Below, one piece after another: positions 45,970 to 58,033 of a stretch of DNA of 64,000 nt. The translations under genes and the position numbers were made by a program. The DNA lies in NCBI RefSeq assembly GCF_053078305.1, contig NZ_CP166879.1; one strand, 5' to 3'. Every line of letters starts with the position of its first letter. Positions within the stretch are counted from its first letter, which is position 1. The notes beneath the pieces were generated by a model. It saw only the letters and a list, made by a program, of their open reading frames with translations. It was not told the origin of the DNA and made no database searches.

Positions 45970-46683
45970 ATGCAAAAGCAAGCTGAGTTGTATCGTGGTA
46001 AAGCGAAAACCGTATACAGCACGGAAAACCCGGACCTGTTGGTGCTCGAATTCCGCAATGATACGTCAGCAGGGGATGGCGCGCGCATTGAGCAGTTTGA
46101 TCGCAAAGGTATGGTGAACAACAAGTTCAACTACTTCATTATGAGCAAACTGGCTGAAGCGGGTATCCCGACTCAAATGGAGCGTCTGCTCTCCGATACC
46201 GAATGTCTGGTGAAAAAGCTGGATATGGTACCGGTTGAGTGTGTCGTGCGTAACCGTGCTGCAGGCTCTCTGGTGAAACGTCTTGGAATCGAAGAAGGTA
46301 TTGAGCTGAACCCGCCGCTGTTCGATCTGTTTCTGAAAAACGACGCCATGCACGATCCGATGGTCAACGAATCTTACTGCGAAACCTTTGGCTGGGTAAG
46401 CAAAGAGAACCTGGCGCGTATGAAAGAGCTGACCTACAAAGCGAACGACGTGCTGAAAAAACTGTTCGATGATGCTGGTCTGATTCTGGTCGACTTCAAG
46501 CTGGAATTTGGTCTGTACAAAGGCGAAGTGGTACTGGGTGATGAGTTCTCCCCGGACGGTAGCCGCCTGTGGGACAAAGAAACGCTGGAGAAAATGGACA
46601 AAGACCGTTTCCGCCAGAGCCTCGGTGGCCTGATCGAAGCCTATGAAGCCGTCGCCCGCCGCCTGGGTGTACAGCTGGACTGA
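45970..46683 (+). CDS. purC: SAICAR synthetase
   Basis: 237 aa from ATG 45970 ([17 protein letters not shown]...). Confidence 0.96.
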
Positions 46684-46699
46684 TTTTTCTGTTCATCAT

Positions 46700-46724
46700 C
46701 TTGCCGTGCTGCTGGCACGGCAAG
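46700..46724. other. perfect 10-bp palindrome just downstream of purC
   Basis: cttgccgtgc tgctg gcacggcaag; no adjacent U-tract on either strand. Confidence 0.4.
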
Positions 46725-46850
46725 ACAACCATTCTCGTAAGATGTGCATTGAACGCTCATTCCTCCGCCATTTCATCCCGCTTTCCTGTGGTAATCTTCC
46801 TCTGAACCACCTACGATCATTTCTATAATGAATATATTGTTGAGGTATCT

Positions 46851-47714
46851 ATGCGTTGGCAAGGGCGACGTGAAAGTGACAATGTTGAAGACAGGCGCAA
46901 TAGCTCCGGTGGTCCGTCAATGGGCGGTCCCGGTTTCCGTCTGCCGAGCGGTAAAGGCGGGCTGATTTTACTGATAGTCGTGTTGGTTGCAGGCTACTAT
47001 GGCGTTGATTTAACCGGGTTGATGACCGGGCAGCCGGTTTCTCAACAGCAATCAACGCGGTCAATTAGCCCAAATGAAGACGAAGCCGCAAAATTCACCT
47101 CGGTGATTCTGGCAACCACGGAAGACACCTGGGGACAACAGTTCGAGAAGATGGGTAAGACCTATCAGCAACCGAAGCTGGTCATGTACCGTGGAATGAC
47201 GCGTACCGGATGCGGGGCGGGCCAGTCCATAATGGGGCCGTTCTATTGCCCGGCGGATGGCACGGTTTATATCGATCTCTCCTTCTATGATGACATGAAA
47301 GACAAACTTGGCGCGGATGGCGATTTTGCCCAGGGGTACGTTATCGCCCATGAAGTCGGTCATCATGTGCAGAAACTGTTAGGCATCGAGCCGAAAGTTC
47401 GTCAACTGCAACAAAACGCGACGCAGGCGGAAGTGAACCGCTTATCTGTGCGTATGGAACTCCAGGCCGACTGTTTTGCCGGTGTCTGGGGGCATAGTAT
47501 GCAGCAGCAAGGCGTTCTGGAAACCGGCGATCTGGAAGAGGCGCTGAACGCGGCGCAGGCCATCGGCGATGACCGTTTACAACAGCAAAGTCAGGGGCGA
47601 GTAGTACCAGACAGTTTCACTCATGGCACTTCTCAGCAACGCTACAGCTGGTTTAAACGTGGTTTCGACAGCGGCGATCCGGCACAATGCAATACTTTTG
47701 GTAAAAGCATTTAA
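46851..47714 (+). CDS. ypfJ: YpfJ, putative zinc metallopeptidase-family protein
   Basis: 287 aa, N-terminal TM segment, HEVGHH zinc motif. Confidence 0.9.
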
Positions 47715-47728
47715 CTTCCGGGGCAGGG

Positions 47729-49744
47729 ATGGCTGAACTGACTGCGCTTCACACATTAACAGCGCAAATGAAACGTGAAGGGATCCGCCGCTTGCTGGTG
47801 TTGAGCGGGGAAGAGTGTTGGTGTTTTGATCATGCGCTTAAGTTACGTGATGCCTTACCTGGCGACTGGCTGTGGATTTCGCCGCAGCCAGATGCTGAAA
47901 ACCACTGTTCTCCCTCGGCACTACAAACTTTACTTGGGCGCGAGTTCCGGCATGCGGTATTCGACGCCCGCCACGGCTTTGATGCCGCTGCCTTTGCCGC
48001 ACTTAGCGGAACGTTGAAAGCGGGAAGCTGGCTGGTTTTGTTACTCCCTGTATGGGAAGAGTGGGAAAACCAACCTGATGCCGACTCGCTGCGCTGGAGT
48101 GATTGCCCTGACCCTATTGCGACGCCGCATTTTGTCCAGCATTTCAAACGCGTACTTACGGCGGATAACGACGCTATCCTCTGGCGGCAAAACCAGCCAT
48201 TCTCGTTGGCGCATTTTACTCCCCGTACTGACTGGCACCCCGCGACCGGCGCACCACAACCAGAACAACAGCAACTCTTACAGCAGTTACTGACCATGCC
48301 GCCGGGCGTGGCAGCGGTAACGGCTGCGCGTGGGCGCGGTAAATCGGCGTTGGCAGGGCAACTCATTTCTCGTATTGCGGGCAGTGCGATTGTCACTGCG
48401 CCCGCAAAAGCGGCAACGGATGTACTGGCACAATTTGCGGGCGAGAAGTTTCGCTTTATTGCACCGGATGCCTTGTTAGCCAGCGATGAGCAAGCCGACT
48501 GGCTGGTGGTCGACGAAGCCGCAGCCATACCTGCGCCGTTGTTGCATCAACTGGTATCGCGTTTTCCTCGAACGTTGTTAACCACTACGGTGCAGGGCTA
48601 CGAAGGTACCGGACGTGGTTTTTTGCTGAAATTTTGCGCTCGCTTTCCGCATTTACACCGTTTTGAACTGCAACAGCCGATCCGCTGGGCACAGGGATGC
48701 CCGCTGGAAAAAATGGTTAGTGAGGCACTGGTTTTTAACGATGAAAACTTCACCCATACACCACAAGGCAATATCGTCATTTCCGCATTTGAACAAACGT
48801 TATGGCGAAGCGAGCCAGAAACGCCGTTAAAGGTTTATCAGTTATTGTCTGGTGCGCACTACCGGACTTCGCCGCTGGATTTACGCCGCATGATGGATGC
48901 ACCAGGGCAACATTTTTTACAGGCGGCTGGCGAAAACGAGATTGCCGGAGCGCTGTGGCTGGTGGATGAGGGTGGATTATCTCAACAACTCAGTCAGGCG
49001 GTATGGGCAGGTTTTCGTCGCCCGCGGGGTAATCTGGTGGCCCAGTCGCTGGCGGCGCACGGCAGCAATCCACTGGCGGCGACATTGCGTGGACGGCGGG
49101 TCAGCCGGATAGCAGTTCATCCGGCGCGTCAGCGCGAAGGCGTTGGGCAACAGCTCATTGCCAGCGCTTTGCAATATAGGCCTGGCCTCGACTATCTTTC
49201 GGTGAGTTTTGGTTACACCGGGGAGTTATGGCGTTTCTGGCAACGCTGCGGTTTTGTGCTGGTGCGAATGGGTAATCATCGTGAAGCCAGCAGCGGTTGC
49301 TATACGGCGATGGCGCTGTTACCGATGAGTGATGCGGGTAAACAGCTGGCTGAACGTGAGCATTACCGTTTACGTCGCGATGCGCAAGCTCTCGCGCAGT
49401 GGAATGGCGAAACACTCCCTGTTGATCCACTAAACAATGCCGTCCTTTCTGACGACGACTGGCTTGAACTGGCCGGTTTTGCTTTCGCTCATCGTCCGCT
49501 ATTAACATCGTTAGGTTGCTTATTGCGTCTGCTACAAACCAGTGAACTGGCATTACCGGCGCTGCGTGGGCGTTTACAGAAAAACGTCAGCGACGCGCAG
49601 TTATGTACCACACTTAAACTTTCAGGCCGCAAGATGTTACTGGTCCGTCAGCGGGAAGAGGCCGCACAGGCGCTGTTCGCACTTAATGATGTTCGCACTG
49701 AGCGTCTGCGCGATCGCATAACGCAATGGCAATTTTTTCACTGA
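47729..49744 (+). CDS. tmcA: tRNA(Met) cytidine acetyltransferase
   Basis: 671 aa with ATPase/helicase-like region and GNAT-like C-terminus; recognised as YpfI/TmcA. Confidence 0.93.
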   Translation: MAELTALHTLTAQMKREGIRRLLVLSGEECWCFDHALKLRDALPGDWLWISPQPDAENHCSPSALQTLLGREFRHAVFDARHGFDAAAFAALSGTLKAGSWLVLLLPVWEEWENQPDADSLRWSDCPDPIATPHFVQHFKRVLTADNDAILWRQNQPFSLAHFTPRTDWHPATGAPQPEQQQLLQQLLTMPPGVAAVTAARGRGKSALAGQLISRIAGSAIVTAPAKAATDVLAQFAGEKFRFIAPDALLASDEQADWLVVDEAAAIPAPLLHQLVSRFPRTLLTTTVQGYEGTGRGFLLKFCARFPHLHRFELQQPIRWAQGCPLEKMVSEALVFNDENFTHTPQGNIVISAFEQTLWRSEPETPLKVYQLLSGAHYRTSPLDLRRMMDAPGQHFLQAAGENEIAGALWLVDEGGLSQQLSQAVWAGFRRPRGNLVAQSLAAHGSNPLAATLRGRRVSRIAVHPARQREGVGQQLIASALQYRPGLDYLSVSFGYTGELWRFWQRCGFVLVRMGNHREASSGCYTAMALLPMSDAGKQLAEREHYRLRRDAQALAQWNGETLPVDPLNNAVLSDDDWLELAGFAFAHRPLLTSLGCLLRLLQTSELALPALRGRLQKNVSDAQLCTTLKLSGRKMLLVRQREEAAQALFALNDVRTERLRDRITQWQFFH

Positions 49745-49817
49745 CTCCTTCAATTTTCTCCCATGGTCATTGTGAGTCAGCGGCGTAAAATTAATGACAT
49801 CAGTTAAGGAGTTCGCC

Positions 49818-50516
49818 ATGAAACATGACCATTTTGTTGTTCAAAGCCCGGATAAACCTGCGCAACAGTTGTTACTGCTTTTCCACGGTGTCGGGGATAA
49901 CCCGGTGGCAATGGGGGAAATAGGCAGCTGGTTTGCGCCGCTATTTCCTGATGCGCTGGTGGTGAGTGTCGGTGGCGCGGAGCCGAGCGGTAATCCGGCG
50001 GGGCGTCAGTGGTTTTCGGTGCAGGGTATTACGGAAGATAATCGCCAGGCGCGTGTGGATGCGATCATGCCGACGTTTATTGAAACGGTACGCTACTGGC
50101 AGAAACAGAGCGGAGTAGGGGCTAACGCCACGGCGCTAATTGGTTTCTCACAAGGCGCGATTATGGCGCTGGAGAGCATTAAAGCCGAACCGGGCCTTGC
50201 CTCACGCGTCATTGCCTTTAACGGACGCTATGCGAGCCTGCCGGAAACCGCGTCTACAGCCACGACAATTCACCTGATTCATGGCGGTGAAGATCCGGTT
50301 ATCGATCTGGCGCATGCAGTTGCGGCGCAGGAAGCGTTAATCAGTGCCGGTGGTGACGTGACGCTGGATATCGTGGAGGATTTAGGCCATGCGATCGACA
50401 ATCGCAGTATGCAATTTGCCCTGGATCACTTGCGTTATACCATTCCGAAACATTATTTCGACGAAGCGCTAAGTGGCGGTAAGCCTGGCGATGATGATGT
50501 GATTGAAATGATGTAA
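49818..50516 (+). CDS. ypfH: YpfH esterase (alpha/beta hydrolase)
   Basis: 232 aa from ATG 49818 (MKHDHFVVQSPDKPAQQLLLLFHGVGDNP...), GFSQG nucleophile elbow. Confidence 0.92.
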   Translation: MKHDHFVVQSPDKPAQQLLLLFHGVGDNPVAMGEIGSWFAPLFPDALVVSVGGAEPSGNPAGRQWFSVQGITEDNRQARVDAIMPTFIETVRYWQKQSGVGANATALIGFSQGAIMALESIKAEPGLASRVIAFNGRYASLPETASTATTIHLIHGGEDPVIDLAHAVAAQEALISAGGDVTLDIVEDLGHAIDNRSMQFALDHLRYTIPKHYFDEALSGGKPGDDDVIEMM

Positions 50517-50521
50517 TAATA

Positions 50522-50590
50522 GCCGGGTAGGCCTGATAAGACCGTATCAGGCATCATGGCCGGATGCGGCGTTAACGCCTTATCCGGCCA
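50522..50590. repeat. REP/BIME element
   Basis: gccgggtaggcctgataagaccgtatcaggcatcatggccggatgcggcgttaacgccttatccggcc. Confidence 0.75.
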
Positions 50591-50596
50591 CTTAGC

Positions 50597-50797
50597 TTAC
50601 TTCTTCGGTTGATCCTTTTTCGGCCAGTCGTCGTCATCGTCCCACTTATCGTTGAAATCACGATGCGGGGGAAGCTCCGGCTTGTTGGCGAGAAATTTCT
50701 TATGGTCGACGCGCTTGAGATCTTTAATCACGTTCAGCAGGACGCCTACCAAAAAGACAATCACCAGAATCCACCAATATTTAGCCAGCCAGTCCAT
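50597..50797 (-). CDS. ypfN: YpfN, small membrane protein (UPF0370)
   Basis: 66 aa from ATG 50797 ([23 protein letters not shown]...). Confidence 0.85.
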
Positions 50798-50824
50798 GCT
50801 TATTTCCTCTTGCAGAACCACTCA

Positions 50825-51952
50825 TCACGCGACGAGCTGTTCCATGATACGTTGATACATACGGGCAAGTAGCTGCAGGTCGGCAGCGTTCACACATTCA
50901 TTAATTTTATGAATAGTGGCATTGACCGGCCCGAGTTCCACCACCTGCGCCCCCATGCGAGCAATAAAGCGCCCGTCGGACGTTCCGCCTGTGGTCAGTA
51001 GCTGCGGTTTAATTTCATTATAGTGCTCAACCGCGTTAACGACCGCATCCACCAGTTTACCGCGCGCGGTCAAAAATGGCTGCCCGGAAAGCCACCAATC
51101 CACCGTATAGCGCAGTTGATGTTTTTCAAGCAGGGCAAGCACCTGCGCTTTGATCGTCTCATCAGTCAGTTCGGTGCTGAAGCGGAAGTTAAACTGCACA
51201 AACAGTTCACCCGGAATAACGTTGTTACTGCCCGTTCCCGCCTGAATATTGGCAATCTGCATACTGGTCGCCGGGAAGAATTCATTGCCCTGATCCCACT
51301 CAATAGCCACTAATTCATTAAGGAAAGGTGCTGCGCGATGTACCGGATTGTCAGCCAGATGTGGGTAGGCAACATGCCCCTGAACGCCATGAATGGTTAG
51401 GTTGCAGGTTAACGATCCGCGACGACCATTTTTCACCACATCACCTACCACTTCGATACTCGACGGTTCGCCGACCAGGCAGTAATCGAGACGCTCATTA
51501 CGTGCCATTAACGCTTCGACGACTTTTACCGTACCATTGTGTGCACTGGCTTCTTCATCAGAGGTGATCAGAAATGCCAGTCGCCCCGTATGGTTGGGAT
51601 GTTGTGCGACAAAACGTTCTGCAGCTACCACCATTGCCGCCAGTGAGCCTTTCATATCTGACGCACCGCGCCCGAATAACATGCCGTCACGAATGGTCGG
51701 TTCAAACGGCGGATTGATCCAACGGTCGGCGTCGCCAGGCGGCACCACGTCGGTATGCCCGGCAAAGGCCAATGTTTCACCTTGCCCACGCCATGCCCAA
51801 AAATTCTGCGTATCGGCAAAGTCCATGCGTTCAACGGTAAAACCGATCGCCTGCAAACGTTCAATCAACAAAGCCTGGCATCCTGCGTCATCAGGACTCA
51901 GGGAAGGGCGGCGAATAAGCTGTTGTGTCAGCTCAATAACCGGGCACGACAT
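50825..51952 (-). CDS. dapE: succinyl-diaminopimelate desuccinylase
   Basis: 375 aa M20-family peptidase recognised as DapE. Confidence 0.96.
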   Translation of the reverse strand: MSCPVIELTQQLIRRPSLSPDDAGCQALLIERLQAIGFTVERMDFADTQNFWAWRGQGETLAFAGHTDVVPPGDADRWINPPFEPTIRDGMLFGRGASDMKGSLAAMVVAAERFVAQHPNHTGRLAFLITSDEEASAHNGTVKVVEALMARNERLDYCLVGEPSSIEVVGDVVKNGRRGSLTCNLTIHGVQGHVAYPHLADNPVHRAAPFLNELVAIEWDQGNEFFPATSMQIANIQAGTGSNNVIPGELFVQFNFRFSTELTDETIKAQVLALLEKHQLRYTVDWWLSGQPFLTARGKLVDAVVNAVEHYNEIKPQLLTTGGTSDGRFIARMGAQVVELGPVNATIHKINECVNAADLQLLARMYQRIMEQLVA

Positions 51953-51955
51953 AGA

Positions 51956-52330
<375 letters not shown>

Positions 52331-52692
52331 TTATGAGAATAAATACTCATTTAAGAGTGAAAACATTTTGCCTGCAAATGATTATCAGGAAATATAACAT
52401 TATCGAAGTATTCAAATTAACAACTATTAAATAATATTAAACATTTTTAACGTAAACATTAAGAATATTCATCTTGTTATCTGTCTGTATTTTAACCAGA
52501 ATTAAATCAGTATTAGATGCCGTATGAATATCTCGAAATGTTGCTGTGTATCACATACAAATCATCACCGCAGGACCATAGTATTTACATAAGGTTTGTC
52601 CCCCGGAGGTAGTCTTCGCAGCAATCGAGTAAATTAGCTTCACCACGGTATATTGTTTCCGTAGAATACCCATAATTATAAGAGAGGTTGTT

Positions 52693-52752
52693 ATGATTGA
52701 ACGTGAACTGGGGAACTGGAAAGACTTTATCGAAGTTATGCTTCGTAAGTAA
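52693..52752 (+). CDS. ypfM: YpfM, 19-aa small protein
   Basis: ATG 52693 preceded by AGAGAGG RBS; encodes MIERELGNWKDFIEVMLRK; too short for the ORF track; recalled as the K-12 ypfM small protein at this position. Confidence 0.6.
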   Translation: MIERELGNWKDFIEVMLRK

Positions 52753-52812
52753 TTCCTGAGACAAAGTACAAACAGCAAGAACCCGCTGAGCAGGTTCTTA
52801 ATCGGAAAGTTG

Positions 52813-52846
52813 AAAAAGGCGACACATTAGCATGTCGCCTTTTTTA
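52813..52846. terminator. bidirectional terminator between ypfM and acrD
   Basis: aaaaggcgacac attagc atgtcgcctttttt. Confidence 0.6.
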
Positions 52847-52850
52847 TTGC

Positions 52851-55800
52851 TTATTCCGGGCGCGGCTTCAGCGGGAAGCGGCGGCGCACCAGCACAAAGA
52901 ACAGCGGCACGAAGTAAATAGCCAGAATAGTGGCTGAAATCATCCCGCCCATTACGCCAGTACCCACCGCATGCTGACCACCGGAACCGGCACCCGTGCT
53001 GGTTGCCATTGGCAATACGCCGAAGATAAATGCCAGCGAGGTCATTAGAATCGGGCGTAAACGCTGACGGCAGGCGTGGAGCGTCGCTTCAAACAGGTCG
53101 TGGCCTTTTTGGTTCATCTCGTTAGCAAACTCGACGATTAGGATGGCGTTTTTCGCCGATAAACCTATGACCGTTAACAGGCCCACCTGGAAGTAAACGT
53201 CGTTTTCCAGCCCGCGCATCCAGGTTGCTAGCAGCGCGCCGATAACCCCCAGCGGCACGACCAGCATTACCGAGAACGGTACCGACCAGCTTTCATACAA
53301 CGCCGCCAGACACAGGAATACCACCAGCAAGGAAATAGCGTACAGCGCCGGAGCCTGCGCGCCGGAAAGCCGCTCCTGATACGACATCGCCGTCCACTCC
53401 AGACCAAAGCCGTTTGGCAACTGCTTCACTAACGATTCCATAATATCCATCGCCGTACCGGTACTGACCCCCGGTGCGGCTTCCCCAACAATCTCAACCG
53501 CAGAATAACCGTTATAGCGTTCCAGACGCGGCGAGCCTGTCTCCCAGCGTGAGGTCGCGAAAGCAGAGAAGGGCACCATGCCGCCATCTTTATTTCGGAC
53601 ATACCAGAGATTAATGTCATCTGGCAGCATGCGATACGGCGCAGCTGCCTGCACATAGACTTTCTTCACGCGACCGCGATCCATAAAGTCATTCACATAG
53701 CTCGAACCCCAGGCGGTTTGCAGTGTGTCGTTAATATCGTCGATAGCAACGCCCAGCGCCTGAGCTTTACGCTGGTCGATATCAATCTGCAACTGCGGAC
53801 TGTCGTCGAGGCCGTTATGGCGCACACGGGTTAGCTCCGGGTTTTCCGCCGCCAGCGCCAGCAACTGGTTACGTGCTGCCATCAGCGCATCGTGACCTGC
53901 TCCAGCGTGGTCCTGCAACTCCATATCAAAACCCGCAGAACTACCAAGACCGCTAATTGCTGGCGGGCTGCTGGCGATAACGCGAGCTTCTTTAATCTTG
54001 TTAAACGCCTTCGTTGCACGCTCGATAATGGCAAATGAGGTGCCGGTCTTACTGTCGCGTTCGCTCCAGTCTTTCAGGCGGATAAACATTCGCGCCACGT
54101 TTTGCCCGTTACCCCCAGGGCCAGAGCCAACAGTGGCAAACACCGACATGATGTTGTCTTTTTCATGGGTGAAGTAATATTTCTCGATTTGCTCAACGAC
54201 TTTCAGGGTCTGTTGTTGGGTTGAACCGCTGGGCAATTGTACCGAGGTAGTAAACATGCCCCGGTCTTCCAGCGGTAAGAACGACGTCGGCAAACGCAGG
54301 AACAGGAACACCATGCCGCCAAGCAGCAGGACATAAATCACAATCCAGCGCAGGCTACGGTGGAGAATTTTCGCCACCCCTTTTTCGTAGCGTTCGGCGT
54401 TGCGGTTAAACATCTGGTTAAACCAGGCAAAAAAGCCTTTTTGCCCGTGATGCTCACCTTTTTTCAGTGGCTTAAGTAGCGTGGCACACAGAGCCGGAGT
54501 GAGGATCATCGCTACCAGTACTGACAGCACCATCGCCGCAACAATGGTAATAGAGAACTGGCGATAGATGGCACCGGTGGTGCCGCCGAAGAAGGCCATT
54601 GGTACAAATACCGCCGAAAGCACCATCGCAATCCCGACCAGTGCCCCCTGGATCTGCCCCATCGATTTACGTGTGGCTTCGCGAGGAGTGAGTCCTTCCT
54701 CACTCATAATACGTTCGACGTTTTCCACCACCACGATGGCGTCATCCACCAGCAGACCGATCGCCAGCACCATCGCGAACATGGTTAAGGTGTTGACGCT
54801 GTAACCGAAGGCGTAAAGTACGGAGAAGGTTCCCATCAACACCACCGGCACGGCGATAGTGGGTATCAGCGTGGCGCGGAAGTTTTGCAGGAACAGATAC
54901 ATAACGAGGAAAACCAGGGCGATAGCTTCCAGCAGCGTTTTCACCACGTCTTCAATGGAGGCTTTAACAAACGAGGTGGTTTCATACGCCACCTTGTATT
55001 CCAGTCCGTGCGGGAAGTACTGCGCCAGCTCGTCGAGACGATTGAGCACCAGCTCCGCTGTCGCCATTTCGTTTGCGCCGGAGGCCAGTTTTACCCCCAG
55101 CCCCGAGGCTGGCTTACCATTGAAGCGGCTAAGATAATCGTATTTCTCCGCCCCCATTTCGACGGTGGCGACATCGCCCAGCCTTACCTCTGAGCCGTCC
55201 TGATTCACCCGCAAGGTGATATCGCGGAACTGTTCTGGTGTTTGCAGCAGTGACTGGGCGTTAATGGTGGCGTTGAGCGCCTGCTTATCGACGGAAGGTG
55301 TACCCCCAAGTTGCCCAACCGCAATCTGCGCGTTCTGTGACTCAATGGCATCAGTGACATCTTTAGCCGTCATCTGGAAACTGTTGAGTTTCGCCGGGTC
55401 CAGCCAGATACGCATGGAATATTGCGAACCATAGGCATCGATATCCCCGACGCCATTCACGCGGCTTAACGGGTCCTGAATATTACTGGCAACATAATCA
55501 GCAATATCCTGTTTATCCATCGAACCATCGGTAGAGACGAAGGCAATGGTCAGAATGTTGGTATCGCCGGTTTTACGCACCGTCACGCCCTGATTTTGCA
55601 CCGCCTGCGGTAACTTTCGCATGGCTGATTGCAGCTGGTTTTGTACTTGCTGCACGGCTTCGTCCGGATCGGTGCCTGCTTTAAAACTTAAAGTGACAGA
55701 TGCCTGACCGGTGCCACTGCTCTGAGATGACATATACATGAGATTATCGAGGCCGGTCATATTTTGCTCGATAACCTGGGTCACGGTGTTTTCCAGCGTC

Positions 55801-55964
55801 TGGGCCGATGCGCCGGGATAGTTAGCGGTCACTCGCACATTCGGTGGCGCGAGATCGGGGTATTGTTCAACGGGCAATGAAAAAATCGCCAGGGTACCTG
55901 TCAGACACAACAGGATTGCCAGCACCCAGGCAAAAATGGGGCGATCAATAAAGAAATTCGCCAT
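52851..55964 (-). CDS. acrD: RND multidrug/aminoglycoside efflux pump AcrD
   Basis: 1037 aa, 12-TM RND transporter recognised as AcrD. Confidence 0.95.
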   Translation of the reverse strand: MANFFIDRPIFAWVLAILLCLTGTLAIFSLPVEQYPDLAPPNVRVTANYPGASAQTLENTVTQVIEQNMTGLDNLMYMSSQSSGTGQASVTLSFKAGTDPDEAVQQVQNQLQSAMRKLPQAVQNQGVTVRKTGDTNILTIAFVSTDGSMDKQDIADYVASNIQDPLSRVNGVGDIDAYGSQYSMRIWLDPAKLNSFQMTAKDVTDAIESQNAQIAVGQLGGTPSVDKQALNATINAQSLLQTPEQFRDITLRVNQDGSEVRLGDVATVEMGAEKYDYLSRFNGKPASGLGVKLASGANEMATAELVLNRLDELAQYFPHGLEYKVAYETTSFVKASIEDVVKTLLEAIALVFLVMYLFLQNFRATLIPTIAVPVVLMGTFSVLYAFGYSVNTLTMFAMVLAIGLLVDDAIVVVENVERIMSEEGLTPREATRKSMGQIQGALVGIAMVLSAVFVPMAFFGGTTGAIYRQFSITIVAAMVLSVLVAMILTPALCATLLKPLKKGEHHGQKGFFAWFNQMFNRNAERYEKGVAKILHRSLRWIVIYVLLLGGMVFLFLRLPTSFLPLEDRGMFTTSVQLPSGSTQQQTLKVVEQIEKYYFTHEKDNIMSVFATVGSGPGGNGQNVARMFIRLKDWSERDSKTGTSFAIIERATKAFNKIKEARVIASSPPAISGLGSSAGFDMELQDHAGAGHDALMAARNQLLALAAENPELTRVRHNGLDDSPQLQIDIDQRKAQALGVAIDDINDTLQTAWGSSYVNDFMDRGRVKKVYVQAAAPYRMLPDDINLWYVRNKDGGMVPFSAFATSRWETGSPRLERYNGYSAVEIVGEAAPGVSTGTAMDIMESLVKQLPNGFGLEWTAMSYQERLSGAQAPALYAISLLVVFLCLAALYESWSVPFSVMLVVPLGVIGALLATWMRGLENDVYFQVGLLTVIGLSAKNAILIVEFANEMNQKGHDLFEATLHACRQRLRPILMTSLAFIFGVLPMATSTGAGSGGQHAVGTGVMGGMISATILAIYFVPLFFVLVRRRFPLKPRPE

Positions 55965-56035
55965 TAAAAGAGGACCTCGTGTTTCTGCGTATCGTTGTAG
56001 GCTTGACTTGCTTCACTGTAGCGGCAAGGTACGAG

Positions 56036-56054
56036 CCAATCGTGGAGAAAAAAA
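56036..56054 (-). promoter_or_regulatory. BaeR box upstream of acrD
   Basis: Minus strand reads TTTTTTCTCCACGATTGGC, matching the BaeR consensus TTTTTCTCCATDATTGGC at all but the central dinucleotide; about 75-90 bp upstream of the acrD ATG. Confidence 0.65.
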
Positions 56055-56127
56055 GGAGTTAATGTAAATTATCATGCCCTTTTATACTGAATCTTAAGTG
56101 CAAGTATTCTTTGGTCAGTAGGAGGCA

Positions 56128-57828
56128 TTACATCAACTGACTTTCCTCACCCTCCGCAGAGCGAAAGCTAATACTCACTAACGTGCCGCCGCCGGAAGGT
56201 TGTGAAAAAGTCAGCGTCCCACCTAGCCGTTCCGCGCGTTCGCGCATGATATTCAGACCATAATGACCTTCGGGTTCTTTCGGTTCACCGATACCAATCC
56301 CGTTATCACGGATATAAACCGTGTGATTGCCGTCCGGCGCGGTGACGCAACTGACGGCGATTTCGCTGGCGTTGGCGTGCTTCATCGCATTCAGCACCGC
56401 TTCGCGAATAATTTGCAACAAATGCACCTGCATTTGCGCATCCAGTGCCAGGGTTGGCAGACGGCAGTCGAGGGTCAGTTTGGCGCTGGTTTGATTTTGT
56501 AACGTATCCAGCATTTCCCTCAACGCGGAGGGGAGATCCGCCTGCTGCAGCGTCAGGCGGAAAGTAGTCAACAGCTCGCGTAACTGCCGATAAGCATCAT
56601 TCAACGCCTGGGAAAAATCGGCCATGATACTTTGTGCGGTGGCGTTATCTTCCGGTATCGAACGCTTCAGTAACGTCAACTGGATACGTAAGTAAGAAAG
56701 TACCTGAGCCAGCGAGTCGTGCAATTCGCGGGCGATGGTTGCACGTTCTTCCATCAACAATAACTGCTGAAAATGCTTCTGCGCCTGATTAAAGTACAAA
56801 CCGCGTCCCAGCATCGACGAAACGCTGTTAAGCAGCGGTTCTGATGATGAAACGTGACTATTTTGCCAGTGCAGTTCGCCGTAAACCGTCTCTTGCATTG
56901 TCACCGGTAAAATCTGCATCGGCAATTCCGGGTTTGGTTGCCCTTCGCTAATCCGCCAGTTTTCACCGACATTTAACTCCAGATATTCAGCCGCTTCATT
57001 GTCGCGAACAATCTGCAAAATATGGCGGAAACAATGCACATCAATCTGGCTGGTGTTCAGCGCCTGCGAACATTGATACAACACCTCCAGACGACGCTTG
57101 GCCTCGTGGAGATCGCGGGTCTTTTCTTCTACTGACGCCTCCAGCGAACGGTACAATTTATGTAGCTCGCTCGACATCTGGTTAAAGGTTTTTGCAAGCA
57201 GGCCAAGCTCATTCGGCAGGCTGGTATCCAGCGGTGGCGAGTCGAACTGTCCGTGTTCAATACGCTGACTGGCGGTAACCAGCTGATTCAGCGGGGCAAC
57301 CACCTGATGGCGTATGCGGCGCAAAGTAAAAAAGACCAGCGTGAAAATACCGATGCCGCCAGCCAGGGAAATCGCCACCACCAGCAGCATTTTGCGTTCA
57401 GCGTAGTGCTGTAAAGCCAGCACGAACAGGTCTATCTGATTAACATAATTATTAATATTGGCCTGATACCACGGCAAATCGCCCTTGCTGAGCCGATTAT
57501 TCATCTCCAGCCAGTTGGCATTCAGATGCGCATAGCGAGTTTTTACTGCTTCTGGCACATACCAGACGTTGAGATTGGTTAATACCGGTGAATGCAGTGC
57601 CTGCTGAAATAACTGGCGATGTGCATTGAGTTGTGGACTGCCACTTTGCAAGTCGTAGCCCAGGCGGTAACTCTGCATACGCAGCGATCCGGCAATATTG
57701 ATAGCCTCAGCGTCGCGCAAACTGCTCGCCAGAGTTAGCAGAGCGATACCCGTGGAAAGAATCGACAGCAGCACAATGTAAAAAAAGGCCCGGGCCAGAC
57801 TGGCCGAGACGGGTCGTTTAACAATCAC
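56128..57828 (-). CDS. narQ: nitrate/nitrite sensor histidine kinase NarQ
   Basis: 566 aa from GTG at 57828 (VIVKRPVSASLARAFFYIV...); P-box, HAMP and HisKA_3 histidine; track ORF begins at an upstream GTG (57843). Confidence 0.92.
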   Translation of the reverse strand: MIVKRPVSASLARAFFYIVLLSILSTGIALLTLASSLRDAEAINIAGSLRMQSYRLGYDLQSGSPQLNAHRQLFQQALHSPVLTNLNVWYVPEAVKTRYAHLNANWLEMNNRLSKGDLPWYQANINNYVNQIDLFVLALQHYAERKMLLVVAISLAGGIGIFTLVFFTLRRIRHQVVAPLNQLVTASQRIEHGQFDSPPLDTSLPNELGLLAKTFNQMSSELHKLYRSLEASVEEKTRDLHEAKRRLEVLYQCSQALNTSQIDVHCFRHILQIVRDNEAAEYLELNVGENWRISEGQPNPELPMQILPVTMQETVYGELHWQNSHVSSSEPLLNSVSSMLGRGLYFNQAQKHFQQLLLMEERATIARELHDSLAQVLSYLRIQLTLLKRSIPEDNATAQSIMADFSQALNDAYRQLRELLTTFRLTLQQADLPSALREMLDTLQNQTSAKLTLDCRLPTLALDAQMQVHLLQIIREAVLNAMKHANASEIAVSCVTAPDGNHTVYIRDNGIGIGEPKEPEGHYGLNIMRERAERLGGTLTFSQPSGGGTLVSISFRSAEGEESQLM

Positions 57829-58033
57829 ACGCGTCTTCTCCACAAAAAATCATTAATGTTCCAGTTCGCTGAAACGCAATTTAGTCAGTGATGGGATTAT
57901 TTGATCTGCCACAGTTTATAGCGAAATAGTTACTTATTCTGGGCACATGAACATTGCCGATTCCCCTGTAAGTCGGGTAATAACAACACTCATATAAAGA
58001 ATAAGGTTTTTACAACCAAAAAAGAAGGTCGTT

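Noticed and set aside
46713-46730. Possible sigma54 -24 element (TGGCAC) inside the purC-downstream palindrome
   Set aside because: No GC dinucleotide at the required -12 spacing downstream; the TGGCAC is just part of the palindrome.
57844-58033. FNR or NarL/NarP sites in the narQ-aegA divergent region
   Set aside because: Only a single TTGAT half-site (in ttatttgatctgcc) with a poor partner half, and no clear TACYYMT heptamer pair; too weak to call from sequence alone.
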